Below, one piece after another: positions 36,747 through 46,787 of a DNA stretch of 64,000 nucleotides. The translations under genes were made by a program, and so were the position numbers. How positions within the stretch are numbered: position 1 is the first letter of the stretch; each line of letters opens with the position of its first letter. Where the stretch lies: assembly GCA_913063435.1 (NCBI GenBank), contig CAJXYI010000001.1, forward strand, positions 77,246-141,245, written 5' to 3'. The notes beneath the pieces are model-generated. The model did no database searches. It was not told the DNA's origin and was given only the letters and a program-made list of their open reading frames with translations. The DNA is from an uncultured Actinomycetales bacterium. GTDB lineage: Bacteria; Actinomycetota; Actinomycetes; S36-B12.

Positions 36747-38320
36747 TGCTCGATACCCAAGCCCTCTCCGTCTGGGTGATTCCCGGTGTTTTCGCTGTGC
36801 CACTCATCGCGGCGGTGGTGACGTTCCTTATTGGTGCGAACAAGACCAGTCGGGCGATCGGGTTGCTCGTGCCGGTTGCGGTCTTCGCAGCTTCAGTGCT
36901 CTTGGTCATCGCCACGATGGAGGGCGAGGTCATCGTCTCCCAGGTTGCCGGTTGGCAAGGGGGAGTGGCGATCGCCTTCATCGCAGACCTGCTCAGTGCC
37001 CTGATGCTCGGTGTCTCCGCCCTCCTGGTGTTCTCCAGCATGGTGTTCGCATATGCGGCGGGGCTTGGCATGGACCGATGGTTCGTGCCCTCGGTACTGA
37101 TCATGACCTCGGGCGTCTACGGCGCTTACCTCACCGGTGACCTGTTCAACCTCTTCGTCATGGTCGAGGTGGCGCTGCTTCCGTCCTACATCCTGATGTC
37201 ACGAAGTGGGACCCTGACCGCACTTCGATCCGCCCGCTTGTATCTCATCGTGAATCTCACTGCCTCGACCTTGTTCCTCGCGGGACTCGGAGTGGTCTAC
37301 GGCGTCACCGGCACGGTCAACATGGCCGCGCTCGCCGGGCTCGGTGCGCTCCCGGTCGTCGCCATCGCCACCGGGGTGGTCGTCGTCGCACTGATGCTCA
37401 AGGCGGCCCTGGTGCCCGCACACAGTTGGCTGCCGGCGACGTATCCGTACACCTCACCGGCCGTCACGGCACTGTTTTCAGGACTGCTGACCAAGATCGG
37501 CGTCTATGCGCTCGTGCGGATTATCTCGTTGATCTACGAACCTGGTCAGATCCTGACCACCGCGGTGATCGTGATTTGCGTGCTGAGCATGATCATCGGC
37601 GTGCTTGGTGCACTCGGTGAGGGCACGATCCGGGGCGTGCTGTCCTTCCACATGATCAGTCAGGTGGGCTACATCCTGGTCGGAGTGGTCCTGGCAGGAG
37701 CCGTGGGCTTCGCCGCTGTGGTGTTCTATCTCATCCACCACACGATCGTGAAGACCTCACTGTTCCTCACCGGAGGAACAGTCGAGCACGAAGAGGGCAC
37801 CGGTGTCATCAAGAGGCTCGGTGGATTGGCTCGTGCTCATCCGATCGCGGCCACGGCGTTCTTCTTTGCTGCCCTGTCCTTGACCGGTATCCCGCCGTTC
37901 TCCGGTTTCTGGGCGAAACTCGGTGTCCTCACCGCGGCAGCAGAGGCAGGCGCCGCGGTGGTCTTCGTCGTGGCACTGGTCGTGAGTGTCGGGACCCTGG
38001 GTTCGATGCTCAAACTCGGCACGGGTGTGTTCTGGGGCCAGCCCAAGACCATCGATGCAGAGGAGGAGACCCCCAGCGACGTCAGCGTCGAGCCTGTCGT
38101 CGCAGCAGGAACGGCACTGTCGGTGGCCTCGGCAGTCGAGGCGCCACCGGTCACCAAGTGGCGTCCTCTTCTCGTCATACCCGGTTTCGCGCTAGCCCTG
38201 GTCAGTTTGGGAATCGGGCTGTTCCCCGAATGGCTGTTGAGCCTCGCGCACACCTCCGGGGAGTCCCTGGCTGACCCGGTGGCCTATGTCGAAGCTGTGC
38301 TGGGTGGGAGGGCGCCATGA
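36743..38320 (+). CDS. mrpD: Na+/H+ antiporter subunit D
   Basis: 525 aa NuoM/N-like protein. ATGA overlap with mrpC. Confidence 0.85.
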   Translation: MMLDTQALSVWVIPGVFAVPLIAAVVTFLIGANKTSRAIGLLVPVAVFAASVLLVIATMEGEVIVSQVAGWQGGVAIAFIADLLSALMLGVSALLVFSSMVFAYAAGLGMDRWFVPSVLIMTSGVYGAYLTGDLFNLFVMVEVALLPSYILMSRSGTLTALRSARLYLIVNLTASTLFLAGLGVVYGVTGTVNMAALAGLGALPVVAIATGVVVVALMLKAALVPAHSWLPATYPYTSPAVTALFSGLLTKIGVYALVRIISLIYEPGQILTTAVIVICVLSMIIGVLGALGEGTIRGVLSFHMISQVGYILVGVVLAGAVGFAAVVFYLIHHTIVKTSLFLTGGTVEHEEGTGVIKRLGGLARAHPIAATAFFFAALSLTGIPPFSGFWAKLGVLTAAAEAGAAVVFVVALVVSVGTLGSMLKLGTGVFWGQPKTIDAEEETPSDVSVEPVVAAGTALSVASAVEAPPVTKWRPLLVIPGFALALVSLGIGLFPEWLLSLAHTSGESLADPVAYVEAVLGGRAP

Positions 38321-38676
38321 GCCCTGCGATCAAGCGACTGTGGGGACTGCCGTGGTTGGCCGTGTGGGCCACGGGAGCGATTGCCGCGGCTTCCGCTCAG
38401 GTTGCGCGCGACATCATTGCACCGTCATCGAAACTGGCACCGGGCATCGTGATCGTCGCATTGCGGATGCCCACGAACACGGAGGTCGCCGTGTGGATGA
38501 GCCTTGTCAACCTCACGCCGGGAACCCTGGTCGTGGAGATCTCCGACGCCCTCGACGAGGCCTGGGTGCACAGTCTGTACGCAGGTGATCCGCAAGCCCT
38601 CAAAGACGATCTGAATGCCCTGCAGGATCGGGTGATCCGCTCCTTCGGTGCCGAACCGGTTCGGGAGGCGCCGTGA
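38317..38676 (+). CDS. mrpE: Na+/H+ antiporter subunit E
   Basis: 119 aa. Assigned by position in the operon and ATGA overlap with mrpD. Shorter than many MrpE proteins. Confidence 0.65.
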   Translation: MSPAIKRLWGLPWLAVWATGAIAAASAQVARDIIAPSSKLAPGIVIVALRMPTNTEVAVWMSLVNLTPGTLVVEISDALDEAWVHSLYAGDPQALKDDLNALQDRVIRSFGAEPVREAP

Positions 38677-38972
38677 AAGACATTCCTACCTGGGTCATCG
38701 ACGCGAGTCTCATCTTCGTCGCACTGGGCGCGATCGCCGCCATCTATCGTGCGGCTTCAGGCCCCACCCGCGCCGATCGTGTGGTCGCTGCTGAACTCGG
38801 ATTCATCGCAGCGGTCGGTGGCTTGCTCCTCGTTGCTCTCCGGCTTGATGAGTCGATCCTGTTCGATTTCGCCCTGATCGCAGTCCTCATCGGGTTCCTC
38901 ACCACGATCGGGTTGGCACGCCTGGTGACGGCGCGAACCATGGGCAAAACCGACGGGGAACGGGAGTCGTGA
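38673..38972 (+). CDS. mrpF: Na+/H+ antiporter subunit F
   Basis: 99 aa, 3 TM helices, overlapping starts and stops. Confidence 0.75.
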   Translation: MKDIPTWVIDASLIFVALGAIAAIYRAASGPTRADRVVAAELGFIAAVGGLLLVALRLDESILFDFALIAVLIGFLTTIGLARLVTARTMGKTDGERES

Positions 38973-39307
38973 TGGTCGTCATCGTCTCGATTCTTGCCAT
39001 CTTCGGTTCAGCACTGGTTGCGTTGGCCGGACTGGGATTGTTCCGTCTTCCCGACCCGTTGACCCGCGCGAGTGCCGTGTCGAAAGCTGCTGCGCTGGGG
39101 CTGCTGCTCATCATCGTCGCTGCCATCATCGCGGACTGGTCGGTGCGCTCTGTGATCGTTCTGGTCCTCGTATTGATCGCCCACTTGGTGACAGTGCCCT
39201 TGTCGGGGCTGGCCCTTGCGCGTGCGTCCTATCAATCGGGAACCGCGCGGCCACCGGTCACAACCGTGGATGAACCTGCACAGAGAGAACGCCAACAGCG
39301 CGATTGA
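38969..39307 (+). CDS. mrpG: Na+/H+ antiporter subunit G
   Basis: 112 aa, 3 TM helices, last gene of the operon. Confidence 0.75.
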   Translation: MMVVIVSILAIFGSALVALAGLGLFRLPDPLTRASAVSKAAALGLLLIIVAAIIADWSVRSVIVLVLVLIAHLVTVPLSGLALARASYQSGTARPPVTTVDEPAQRERQQRD

Positions 39308-39313
39308 GTCGCG

Positions 39314-40462
39314 CTAGTCGTCGATGCGGTGGATGCTGCGCACGAAGAACACAATCAAACCGGTGGTGACGAGCAGCGCGGCCAGACCGAAGTAGGTCGG
39401 TTGCAGCCCGAAGCGTTCGACCGCGAGCCCGGTGAACAGCATCGCGACCGGTGGAGCGGCATAGAAGATGGACAACTGGACGCCGAACACCCGGCCCTGT
39501 GCATCCGGGGCCACTCGTCGCTGAACGATCGTGGTCAGCAGCGGATTCATCGGACCCCACGCGAGGCCGAGCACGAAGGCGGCGATGATCATGATCGGTA
39601 GCGGTGGCAGTAGTGACAGTGGAACGATCGAGACTATCGTCCCTGCCAGGACCAACCGCGCCAGCGTGAGGCGACGCATCCGGGCTGACAACCAGCCGTA
39701 GGCGAAGGACCCGACTACCGATCCACCCGCCAGAGCAGCGATGACGATTCCCAGGCCCCAGGGCATATCCAGGCCCTCGAAATATGCCGGCAGGATAACC
39801 GCCTCGGTCGGCAGATAGACCGCGGCGAGGACGAGGATGGCGATCGTCAGCGCGCGCAACGGCACGTCGTTCCAGATGACCCTCACGCCGAGGACTGCCT
39901 GGGACCAGAATCCCGACTGCTCCTCGCCCGCATCCAGTGCTGCCAGGCGTGCGGCTTGGCCGGAGTCTCTCACTCTCAGAACGCCGATGAGGAGAGCGGC
40001 CGTGGTGAAGAGAGCGAAGGGTACCCAGAATGCGTTGATCGCACCGATGCTCGCGATGAGCACCGCCGCGAACAGCGGTCCCAGAGTCCAGCCGATCGCG
40101 AAGATGCCCTCATGGATGCCGTTGAGGCGATCGGTGTCGAAGTTGGACTCACGTGCGACATCGGCGATGAGCGCCTTGCGGCCGGTGTAACCGGCCGGAT
40201 CGAATACCGCGCCGATCACCGCCAGCGTGATGATGGCGGGCAGTGACAGGCCGAACAGCCATGCGGTGATGGGAAACGCTGCGACGGAGATCGCCGAGGC
40301 GATATCCGAGGCGATGCTGACGAAGCGCCGTCCGAGTCGATCGACGCCCCAGCCGGCCAAGGGTGAGGCGAGCGCTCCGGGGACCGACGAGATCGCAGCC
40401 ACCAATCCCGCAGCCGCCACCGATCCTGTCGATTCGAGCACCAGCCATGGGATCGTGAGCAT
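39314..40462 (-). CDS. MFS transporter (5' end probably extends to about 40576; see findings)
   Basis: 382 aa from the first ATG. The in-frame upstream sequence still encodes an MFS-like TM1, so the true start is unresolved. Confidence 0.7.
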   Translation of the reverse strand: MLTIPWLVLESTGSVAAAGLVAAISSVPGALASPLAGWGVDRLGRRFVSIASDIASAISVAAFPITAWLFGLSLPAIITLAVIGAVFDPAGYTGRKALIADVARESNFDTDRLNGIHEGIFAIGWTLGPLFAAVLIASIGAINAFWVPFALFTTAALLIGVLRVRDSGQAARLAALDAGEEQSGFWSQAVLGVRVIWNDVPLRALTIAILVLAAVYLPTEAVILPAYFEGLDMPWGLGIVIAALAGGSVVGSFAYGWLSARMRRLTLARLVLAGTIVSIVPLSLLPPLPIMIIAAFVLGLAWGPMNPLLTTIVQRRVAPDAQGRVFGVQLSIFYAAPPVAMLFTGLAVERFGLQPTYFGLAALLVTTGLIVFFVRSIHRIDD

Positions 40463-40572
40463 GACAATGGCATTGCCGACACCGGAGAGACCGTTCGCCG
40501 TCTCCAGCAGCCAGATGCCACGCCAGCGAACCGGCTGCGCCGGATCGCGGGTGAATGTGGCGAGGGATTCGC

Positions 40573-41925
40573 TCAGAACGCACCTTCGAGCACGTCGAGT
40601 CCCTCGATGAGCAGGTGATCGGGGATCGTCAAAGGCGGCAGGAATCGCAGGACGTTGCCATAGGTGCCCGCGGTGAGCACGAGCACGCCCTGTGCGTGGC
40701 AGGCCTTGGCGATCCGCTGGGTGAGATCAGGGTCGGGGGTGGTCGTTCCCGGGTGGATGAGCTCGATGGCGATCATGGCACCGCGTCCTCGGATGTCGCC
40801 GATCTGCGGATGGGACTCGGCCATGGCGCGCAGCCGTGGGATCATGAGCGACTCGATGTGTTGAGCGCGTGCGCACATGTCCTCGGACTTCATCGCCTCG
40901 ATAGCGCCGAGGGCTGCTGCACATGCGATCGGATTGCCACCGTAGGTGCCACCGAGACCACCGACATGGACCGAGTCCATGATCTCGGCTCGACCGGTAA
41001 CGGCTGCGAGCGGCAACCCACCCGCGATGCCCTTGGCCGTGGTGATCAGGTCGGGTACGACGCCTTCGTGCTCGCAGGCGAACCACTGGCCGGTGCGCGC
41101 GAAGCCAGTCTGGATCTCGTCGGCGACGAACGCGATTCCGTGTTGCGTGGCATAGTCGCGAAGCGCAGTGAGATACCCGGGTGCGGGGACGATGAAGCCG
41201 CCTTCGCCCTGGATCGGTTCGATGACGATAGCCGCGATGTTCGATCCACCGAGTTCCTTGTCCATCTTCGAAATCGCCCAGGATGCGACCTCAGCACCGC
41301 CATGCGGGCCGTCGCGGAAGGGATAGGACATCGGCATCCGATACACCTCGGGCGCGAAAGGCCCGAATGACTGCTTATACGGCATGTTCTTGGCCGTGAG
41401 CGCCATCGTCAGGTTGGTACGTCCGTGATAGCCGTGCTCGAACACCACGACGGCAGCGCGGCCCGTGTGCGCACGGGCGATCTTCACGGCATTCTCCACC
41501 GCTTCGGCACCGGAGTTGAACAGTGCCGACTTCTTGTCATGGTCCCCGGGGGTCAACTCGTTGAGGTGCTCGCTGACCGCGATATACCCCTCATAGGGCG
41601 TCACCATGAAACACGTGTGAGTGAACTTGGCTACCTGCTCGGTGACATTGGCCACGACGCGCGGATGGGAGTTGCCCACGTTGGTCACGGCGATCCCCGA
41701 ACCGAGGTCGATCAGCGAGTTGCCGTCGACATCGACGATCACGCCACCACCGGCTCGCTCAGCGAACACCGGCAGGGTGCCCCCGACACCGGCCGATACC
41801 GCCGCCGTGCGTCGACCCATCAGTTCCTGGGAGCGAGGGCCGGGGATCGGCGTGACCAGGCGACGGACCTGGGGGATGTCGGTATCGGAACTCGCCGGTG
41901 CGGTCGAATCGAGGATGTCGGTCAT
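40573..41925 (-). CDS. gabT: 4-aminobutyrate aminotransferase (class III PLP aminotransferase)
   Basis: ORF-track start trimmed to ATG 41925. ADEIQTGFARTG and the TTAKG lysine motif. Confidence 0.85.
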   Translation of the reverse strand: MTDILDSTAPASSDTDIPQVRRLVTPIPGPRSQELMGRRTAAVSAGVGGTLPVFAERAGGGVIVDVDGNSLIDLGSGIAVTNVGNSHPRVVANVTEQVAKFTHTCFMVTPYEGYIAVSEHLNELTPGDHDKKSALFNSGAEAVENAVKIARAHTGRAAVVVFEHGYHGRTNLTMALTAKNMPYKQSFGPFAPEVYRMPMSYPFRDGPHGGAEVASWAISKMDKELGGSNIAAIVIEPIQGEGGFIVPAPGYLTALRDYATQHGIAFVADEIQTGFARTGQWFACEHEGVVPDLITTAKGIAGGLPLAAVTGRAEIMDSVHVGGLGGTYGGNPIACAAALGAIEAMKSEDMCARAQHIESLMIPRLRAMAESHPQIGDIRGRGAMIAIELIHPGTTTPDPDLTQRIAKACHAQGVLVLTAGTYGNVLRFLPPLTIPDHLLIEGLDVLEGAF

Positions 41926-41985
41926 GATCACAGCGTAGGCGCCGCCTTGCCCCTTGGCGAGAGCCCTGGGCGTACCGTGGCAGCC

Positions 41986-43242
41986 ATGCTCGAGCACGCT
42001 CTATCGGCATCGGGGCGACACGACCCTCGTCGCGTGGTCATCCTGGGCAGTACCGGTTCGATCGGAACCCAGGCGCTGGAGATCATCGCGGCGCAACCGG
42101 ATCGTTTCACCGTGACGGGATTGGCCGCGGGAGGACGCGACCCGCAACTCCTCGCGGAACAGGCGTGGGAGTTCGACGTCGACGTCGTCGCGGTCGAGGA
42201 TGGCGATCGTGCCCGGGACGTGGCGGCGGCAATGGCCGCACAGGCGAGTCGGCGTGGAAAGACGGTCGCCGATGGCCCGCGGCTCACGTCGGGCGCAAAC
42301 GCCGTCGTCGAGTTGGCCGGTCGGTCCTGCGATGTCGTCCTCAATGGCATCGCGGGGGCTGCAGGATTGCAACCGACACTGGCCGCACTCGATGCCGGAT
42401 CCATTCTCGCCCTGGCGAACAAGGAGTCATTGATCATCGGCGGCCCGGTCGTCACCGAGCGGGTCCGCCCCGGGCAGATCGTTCCGGTCGATTCCGAGCA
42501 TTCGGCTTTGGCGCAGGCGCTTCTGGCCGGAACTGCCAGCGAGGTGCGCCGGCTGATCCTCACGGCGAGCGGTGGCCCGTTTCGAGGCCGTACACGTGCG
42601 GAACTGGTCGATGTGACGGCCGAACAGGCGCTGGCTCATCCGACCTGGGACATGGGCCCCCTGGTCACCATCAACTCCGCCACCATGGTCAACAAGGGCC
42701 TGGAGGTCATCGAAGCGCACCTGCTGTTCGATGTTCCCCTGGACCGCATCGACGTGGTCGTACATCCGCAGTCCGTTGTGCACTCGATGGTCGAGTTCAT
42801 CGATGGCTCGACCATGGCGCAGGCCAGCCCGCCTGACATGCGCATCCCGATCTCCCTCGGCCTCGACTGGCCTCATCGAGTGCCCGACGCGGCCCCCGGC
42901 TGCGACTGGACCGCTGCCACGACCTGGGAGTTCTTCCCGCTCGATTCCCAGGCCTTTCCCGCTATCGACCTCGCCCGCCGGGCGGCGGCCGCCGGCGGGG
43001 GAGCTCCCGCGGTATTCAATGCCGCCGACGAGGTCGCCGTCGAGGCGTTCCTGTCGGGCGAACTGACGTTCACCGGAATCGTCGACACGGTCGCTGCCGT
43101 TCTGACGGATTACCTGTCCGGCACCACCGGCCCGCTGTCCGACACTGCGGTGGCTGATCAGGGGAACGCTTGGACCCTCGAGCGCGTCCTTGAGTCGGAC
43201 GCCTATGGTCGCAGCCGGGCGGCTGAGATGATCGGGGAGTGA
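41986..43242 (+). CDS. dxr: 1-deoxy-D-xylulose-5-phosphate reductoisomerase
   Basis: ORF-track 605 aa is mostly antisense to gabT, so it was trimmed to ATG 41986. VVILGSTGSIGTQAL, NKESLI, DSEHSA. Confidence 0.9.
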   Translation: MLEHALSASGRHDPRRVVILGSTGSIGTQALEIIAAQPDRFTVTGLAAGGRDPQLLAEQAWEFDVDVVAVEDGDRARDVAAAMAAQASRRGKTVADGPRLTSGANAVVELAGRSCDVVLNGIAGAAGLQPTLAALDAGSILALANKESLIIGGPVVTERVRPGQIVPVDSEHSALAQALLAGTASEVRRLILTASGGPFRGRTRAELVDVTAEQALAHPTWDMGPLVTINSATMVNKGLEVIEAHLLFDVPLDRIDVVVHPQSVVHSMVEFIDGSTMAQASPPDMRIPISLGLDWPHRVPDAAPGCDWTAATTWEFFPLDSQAFPAIDLARRAAAAGGGAPAVFNAADEVAVEAFLSGELTFTGIVDTVAAVLTDYLSGTTGPLSDTAVADQGNAWTLERVLESDAYGRSRAAEMIGE

Positions 43243-43255
43243 GGGAGGTGAGGCG

Positions 43256-44572
43256 GTGCTCGAGGTAATCGGCATCATCGCGTTCTTCCTCATCATCGTG
43301 GCCTCGATCGCCCTGCACGAGATCGGCCATCTCGTCCCGGCCAAGGCCTTCGGGGTCAAAGTCACCGAGTACATGGTCGGCTTCGGTCCGACCCTCTGGT
43401 CGCGCCGAAAGGGTGAGACGACCTACGGGTTGAAGGCGATCCCCGTCGGTGGCTACATCCGCATGGTCGGCATGCTGCCCCCACCCAAGGATGCACCCGA
43501 GGGGACCGCACGGTCGCTGACGACGGGTCGCGTGGGCACCTTCGTGCAACAGGCGCGCGAGCAGGCGCTGGAGGAGATCGAACCCGGTGATGAGAACCGG
43601 GTGTTCTATAAGCTGCCGGTGGCCAAGCGCGTCATCATCATGCTCGCTGGGCCGTTCATGAACCTCGTGATCGCCTTCGTTCTCTTTGCCGGAGTACTGG
43701 TCGGCATCGGCCTACCCGAACCGACCACCCAGGTGAATTCGGTCGTGGCGTGTGCGCCCAGCACCACCAACCCCGCCGGAACTGCGACCCCTGATGGCGC
43801 CTGTCCCGACGGCCCCACACCTGCTGCAGCAGCCGGACTCCAAGCCGGTGACGTCATCACGCGATTCGCTTCAGTTGCGGTTTCCGACTGGGAAGAACTG
43901 TCCGGCTTGATCCGTGCTGCACCGCCGGGACCGGTGGCAATCGCCATCGAACGGGGCGGAATCGAGCAGACCCTCACCGTGGACCTGATCGATATCACCC
44001 GTCCCGTCGTCGATGAAGCAGGCCGCGACACCGGCGAAACCGTCACGACCGCCTTCCTCGGTGTTCGACCGGACTTCATCTATGTCAGCCAGCCCCTGTC
44101 GAGTGTCCCGGCGGAGATGTGGAACCTCACCGAACGCTCAGCGGTGGCGCTGGTAGGCCTGCCGGTGCGGTTGTACGAGCTGGTGACCGACACGCTCATC
44201 GGCGGCGAGGAACGATCTATCGACTCCCCGGTCAGCGTGGTGGGAGCCAGTCGGCTCGGTGGTGACATCGTCGCCTCAGGGGAATCCGGGCCGGCGAAGA
44301 TCGCCATCTTCTTGAGCCTTGCGGCGTCGTTGAACCTGTTCCTGTTCCTGTTCAACCTGTTGCCGATCCTGCCGCTCGATGGCGGGCATGTCGCGGGTGC
44401 GTTGTACGAGGGTTTGCGCCGACGTGTTGCCCGGATACGCGGCAGGCCCGACCCTGGGCCGGTCGATGTGGCTCGCATGCTCCCCGTGGCGTATGTCATG
44501 GCGATGGTGCTCATCGTCGTCGGAGGGGTCGTGATCTTCGCCGATCTGGTGCGCCCCCTGAGCCTGTTCTGA
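43256..44572 (+). CDS. rseP: M50 site-2 (RIP) zinc metalloprotease, RseP/Rip1-like
   Basis: 438 aa. HEIGH zinc motif in TM1, a central PDZ-like region, NLLPILPLDGGH. Confidence 0.85.
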   Translation: MLEVIGIIAFFLIIVASIALHEIGHLVPAKAFGVKVTEYMVGFGPTLWSRRKGETTYGLKAIPVGGYIRMVGMLPPPKDAPEGTARSLTTGRVGTFVQQAREQALEEIEPGDENRVFYKLPVAKRVIIMLAGPFMNLVIAFVLFAGVLVGIGLPEPTTQVNSVVACAPSTTNPAGTATPDGACPDGPTPAAAAGLQAGDVITRFASVAVSDWEELSGLIRAAPPGPVAIAIERGGIEQTLTVDLIDITRPVVDEAGRDTGETVTTAFLGVRPDFIYVSQPLSSVPAEMWNLTERSAVALVGLPVRLYELVTDTLIGGEERSIDSPVSVVGASRLGGDIVASGESGPAKIAIFLSLAASLNLFLFLFNLLPILPLDGGHVAGALYEGLRRRVARIRGRPDPGPVDVARMLPVAYVMAMVLIVVGGVVIFADLVRPLSLF

Positions 44573-44626
44573 CCCCTTAGAGTGCCTCGACCTGAGGAAT
44601 CACCGCTTGTCAGGGATACTGGTCTC

Positions 44627-45805
44627 GTGAGTATCGACCTCGGGATCCCTGCCCCTCCGCCACCGGTGTTGCATCCGCGTCGGCCCACCCGACAGGTGCT
44701 GCTCCGGCATGACACGCATCCGGTCGCCGTCGGCGGAGATGCCCCGGTGAGCGTTCAGTCGATGACCACGACCTTGACGGCTGACATCAATGCGACCCTT
44801 CAGCAGATCGCCGAGCTCACCGCTTCGGGTTGCCAGATCGTGCGCGTTGCGGTGCCCAGCCAAGACGATGCCGATGCTCTCCCGGCGATCGCGAAGAAGT
44901 CTGGCATCCCCGTCGTCGCTGATATCCACTTCCAACCGAAATATGTCTTCGCCGCGCTCGAGGCTGGATGCGCGGGCGTGCGAGTGAATCCGGGAAATAT
45001 CAAGAAGTTCGACGACAAGGTGGCCGAGATCGCGCGGGCTGCGATAGACACCGGCACTCCCATTCGCATTGGGGTCAACGCGGGATCACTCGATCCCCGG
45101 CTGATGGCCAAGTACGGCAAGGCCACACCGGAGGCTCTGGTGGAGTCAGCGCTGTGGGAAGCATCGCTGTTCGAAGAGCATGGCTTCGGGGACATCGTCA
45201 TCTCGGTCAAGCATCACGACCCGGTGACCATGGTGCAGGCCTACACGCTGCTGTCCGAGCAGGCCGACTATCCGCTGCATCTGGGCGTCACCGAAGCGGG
45301 ACCTGCGTTCCAGGGCACCATCAAGTCGGCGGTGGCATTCGGTGCACTGCTGTCCCAGGGCATCGGCGACACCATCCGCGTGTCCCTGTCGGCACCTCCG
45401 GTGGAGGAGGTCAAGGTCGGTATCGGCATCCTCGAGTCGTTGAACCTGCGTCAGCGTGGACTCGAAATCGTGTCGTGCCCGTCGTGCGGTCGAGCGCAGG
45501 TCGATGTGTACACCCTGGCCGAGCAGGTCACCGCGGGCCTGGAGGGCCTCGAGGTGCCGCTGCGCGTCGCTGTCATGGGCTGTGTGGTCAACGGTCCCGG
45601 AGAGGCACGGGAGGCCGATCTAGGAGTGGCTTCGGGCAATGGCAAGGGGCAGATCTTCGTCAAGGGTGAGGTCATCAAGACCGTTCCCGAGGCACAGATC
45701 GTCGAGACGTTGATCGAGGAGGCCATGCGACTAGCCGAGCAGATGGGTGTCGACCCCGAAGCGGGCGAGAGCGCCGGCGGAGGCGCCGTCGTCACCGTCT
45801 CCTGA
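44627..45805 (+). CDS. ispG: 4-hydroxy-3-methylbut-2-en-1-yl diphosphate synthase
   Basis: Start set at GTG 44627 ([15 protein letters not shown]...). [10 protein letters not shown]-terminal SCPSCGR. Confidence 0.9.
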   Translation: MSIDLGIPAPPPPVLHPRRPTRQVLLRHDTHPVAVGGDAPVSVQSMTTTLTADINATLQQIAELTASGCQIVRVAVPSQDDADALPAIAKKSGIPVVADIHFQPKYVFAALEAGCAGVRVNPGNIKKFDDKVAEIARAAIDTGTPIRIGVNAGSLDPRLMAKYGKATPEALVESALWEASLFEEHGFGDIVISVKHHDPVTMVQAYTLLSEQADYPLHLGVTEAGPAFQGTIKSAVAFGALLSQGIGDTIRVSLSAPPVEEVKVGIGILESLNLRQRGLEIVSCPSCGRAQVDVYTLAEQVTAGLEGLEVPLRVAVMGCVVNGPGEAREADLGVASGNGKGQIFVKGEVIKTVPEAQIVETLIEEAMRLAEQMGVDPEAGESAGGGAVVTVS

Positions 45806-45832
45806 ACAACCGCCTGTCTCCATAATGGTCCG

Positions 45833-46672
45833 GTGATGGCCGCGCAGGTTCGCTCGCTGCGAGCAGCCGACGCGCCCGATGTGCGGCGCTTGATCGATCA
45901 GTCGCCGGCGGGGCACTGCTTCATTGCATCGCGGATGGATATCGCGGGGGATGATCTGTCTCGGCTGGGATTCGAAGCCTGGGGTTATGAGATCGACGGG
46001 GTCATCCGCAGTGCGCTGTTTCTCGGAGCAAATATCGTCCCGATCGGGACCGATGCGGCAGCACGTGCAGCCTTCGCTTCCCGACTGCGCTTGACCGGGC
46101 GCCGAGGATCCTCGCTGGTCGGGTTCGCTGATGAGGTTCTCGATCTGTGGCGCCTGATCGAACCGGGGTGGGGAACCCCGCGCGAGGTGCGTCCGAATCA
46201 GCCGCTGCTGACCATCGACCGCCCGGCTGACCTACCGGTCGATGCGAAGGTGCGACTGGTGCGTGCCGATGAATTGGACATCCTGCTGCCCGCTTGCATC
46301 GCGATGTTCACCGAAGAGGTCGGAGTCTCGCCGGTCGCCGGAGGAACTCACGGAACCTATCGTGCTCGGGTCGCCGAACTGATCCGCGAGGGCCGAGCGC
46401 TCGCACGCATCGAGAATGGCCAGGTGGTGTTCAAGGCTGAGATCGGAGCGGTAAGCACGGATGCCTGTCAGGTGCAGGGCGTCTGGGTCGAACCTGGTCG
46501 GCGTGGCCACGGGCTCGCCGAACCGGGCATGGCAGCCGTCGTGGCCTACGCACTGCGCAGTGTCGCCCCGATCGTGAGCCTCTACGTCAACGACTACAAC
46601 ACGCCAGCTCGACGGACCTATCGGGCAGTCGGTTTCGTCGATTCCGGCCGGTTCGCGACGGTCCTGCTGTAA
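45833..46672 (+). CDS. GNAT-family N-acetyltransferase (DUF4081+GNAT, Rv2867c-like position after ispG)
   Basis: 279 aa. C-terminal acetyl-CoA fold region ([13 protein letters not shown]). Confidence 0.65.
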   Translation: MMAAQVRSLRAADAPDVRRLIDQSPAGHCFIASRMDIAGDDLSRLGFEAWGYEIDGVIRSALFLGANIVPIGTDAAARAAFASRLRLTGRRGSSLVGFADEVLDLWRLIEPGWGTPREVRPNQPLLTIDRPADLPVDAKVRLVRADELDILLPACIAMFTEEVGVSPVAGGTHGTYRARVAELIREGRALARIENGQVVFKAEIGAVSTDACQVQGVWVEPGRRGHGLAEPGMAAVVAYALRSVAPIVSLYVNDYNTPARRTYRAVGFVDSGRFATVLL

Positions 46673-46787
46673 GAAGCGTCGTGCGAATGGCCGGCATCCA
46701 CCCGGCGCGGTTGCCCGTCGGCTGCCGGTACATCGCTATCCTCGAGCGACCGCGAACTTTGGAGTGCCAAGCCATGTTGAGTCAGCC

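Noticed and set aside
38317-38676. mrpE is only 119 aa, so it was considered as a possible truncation or pseudogene.
   Set aside because: The ATGA coupling to mrpD and overlap with mrpF are intact and there is no frameshift evidence. MrpE length is variable, so it is kept as a CDS with reduced confidence.
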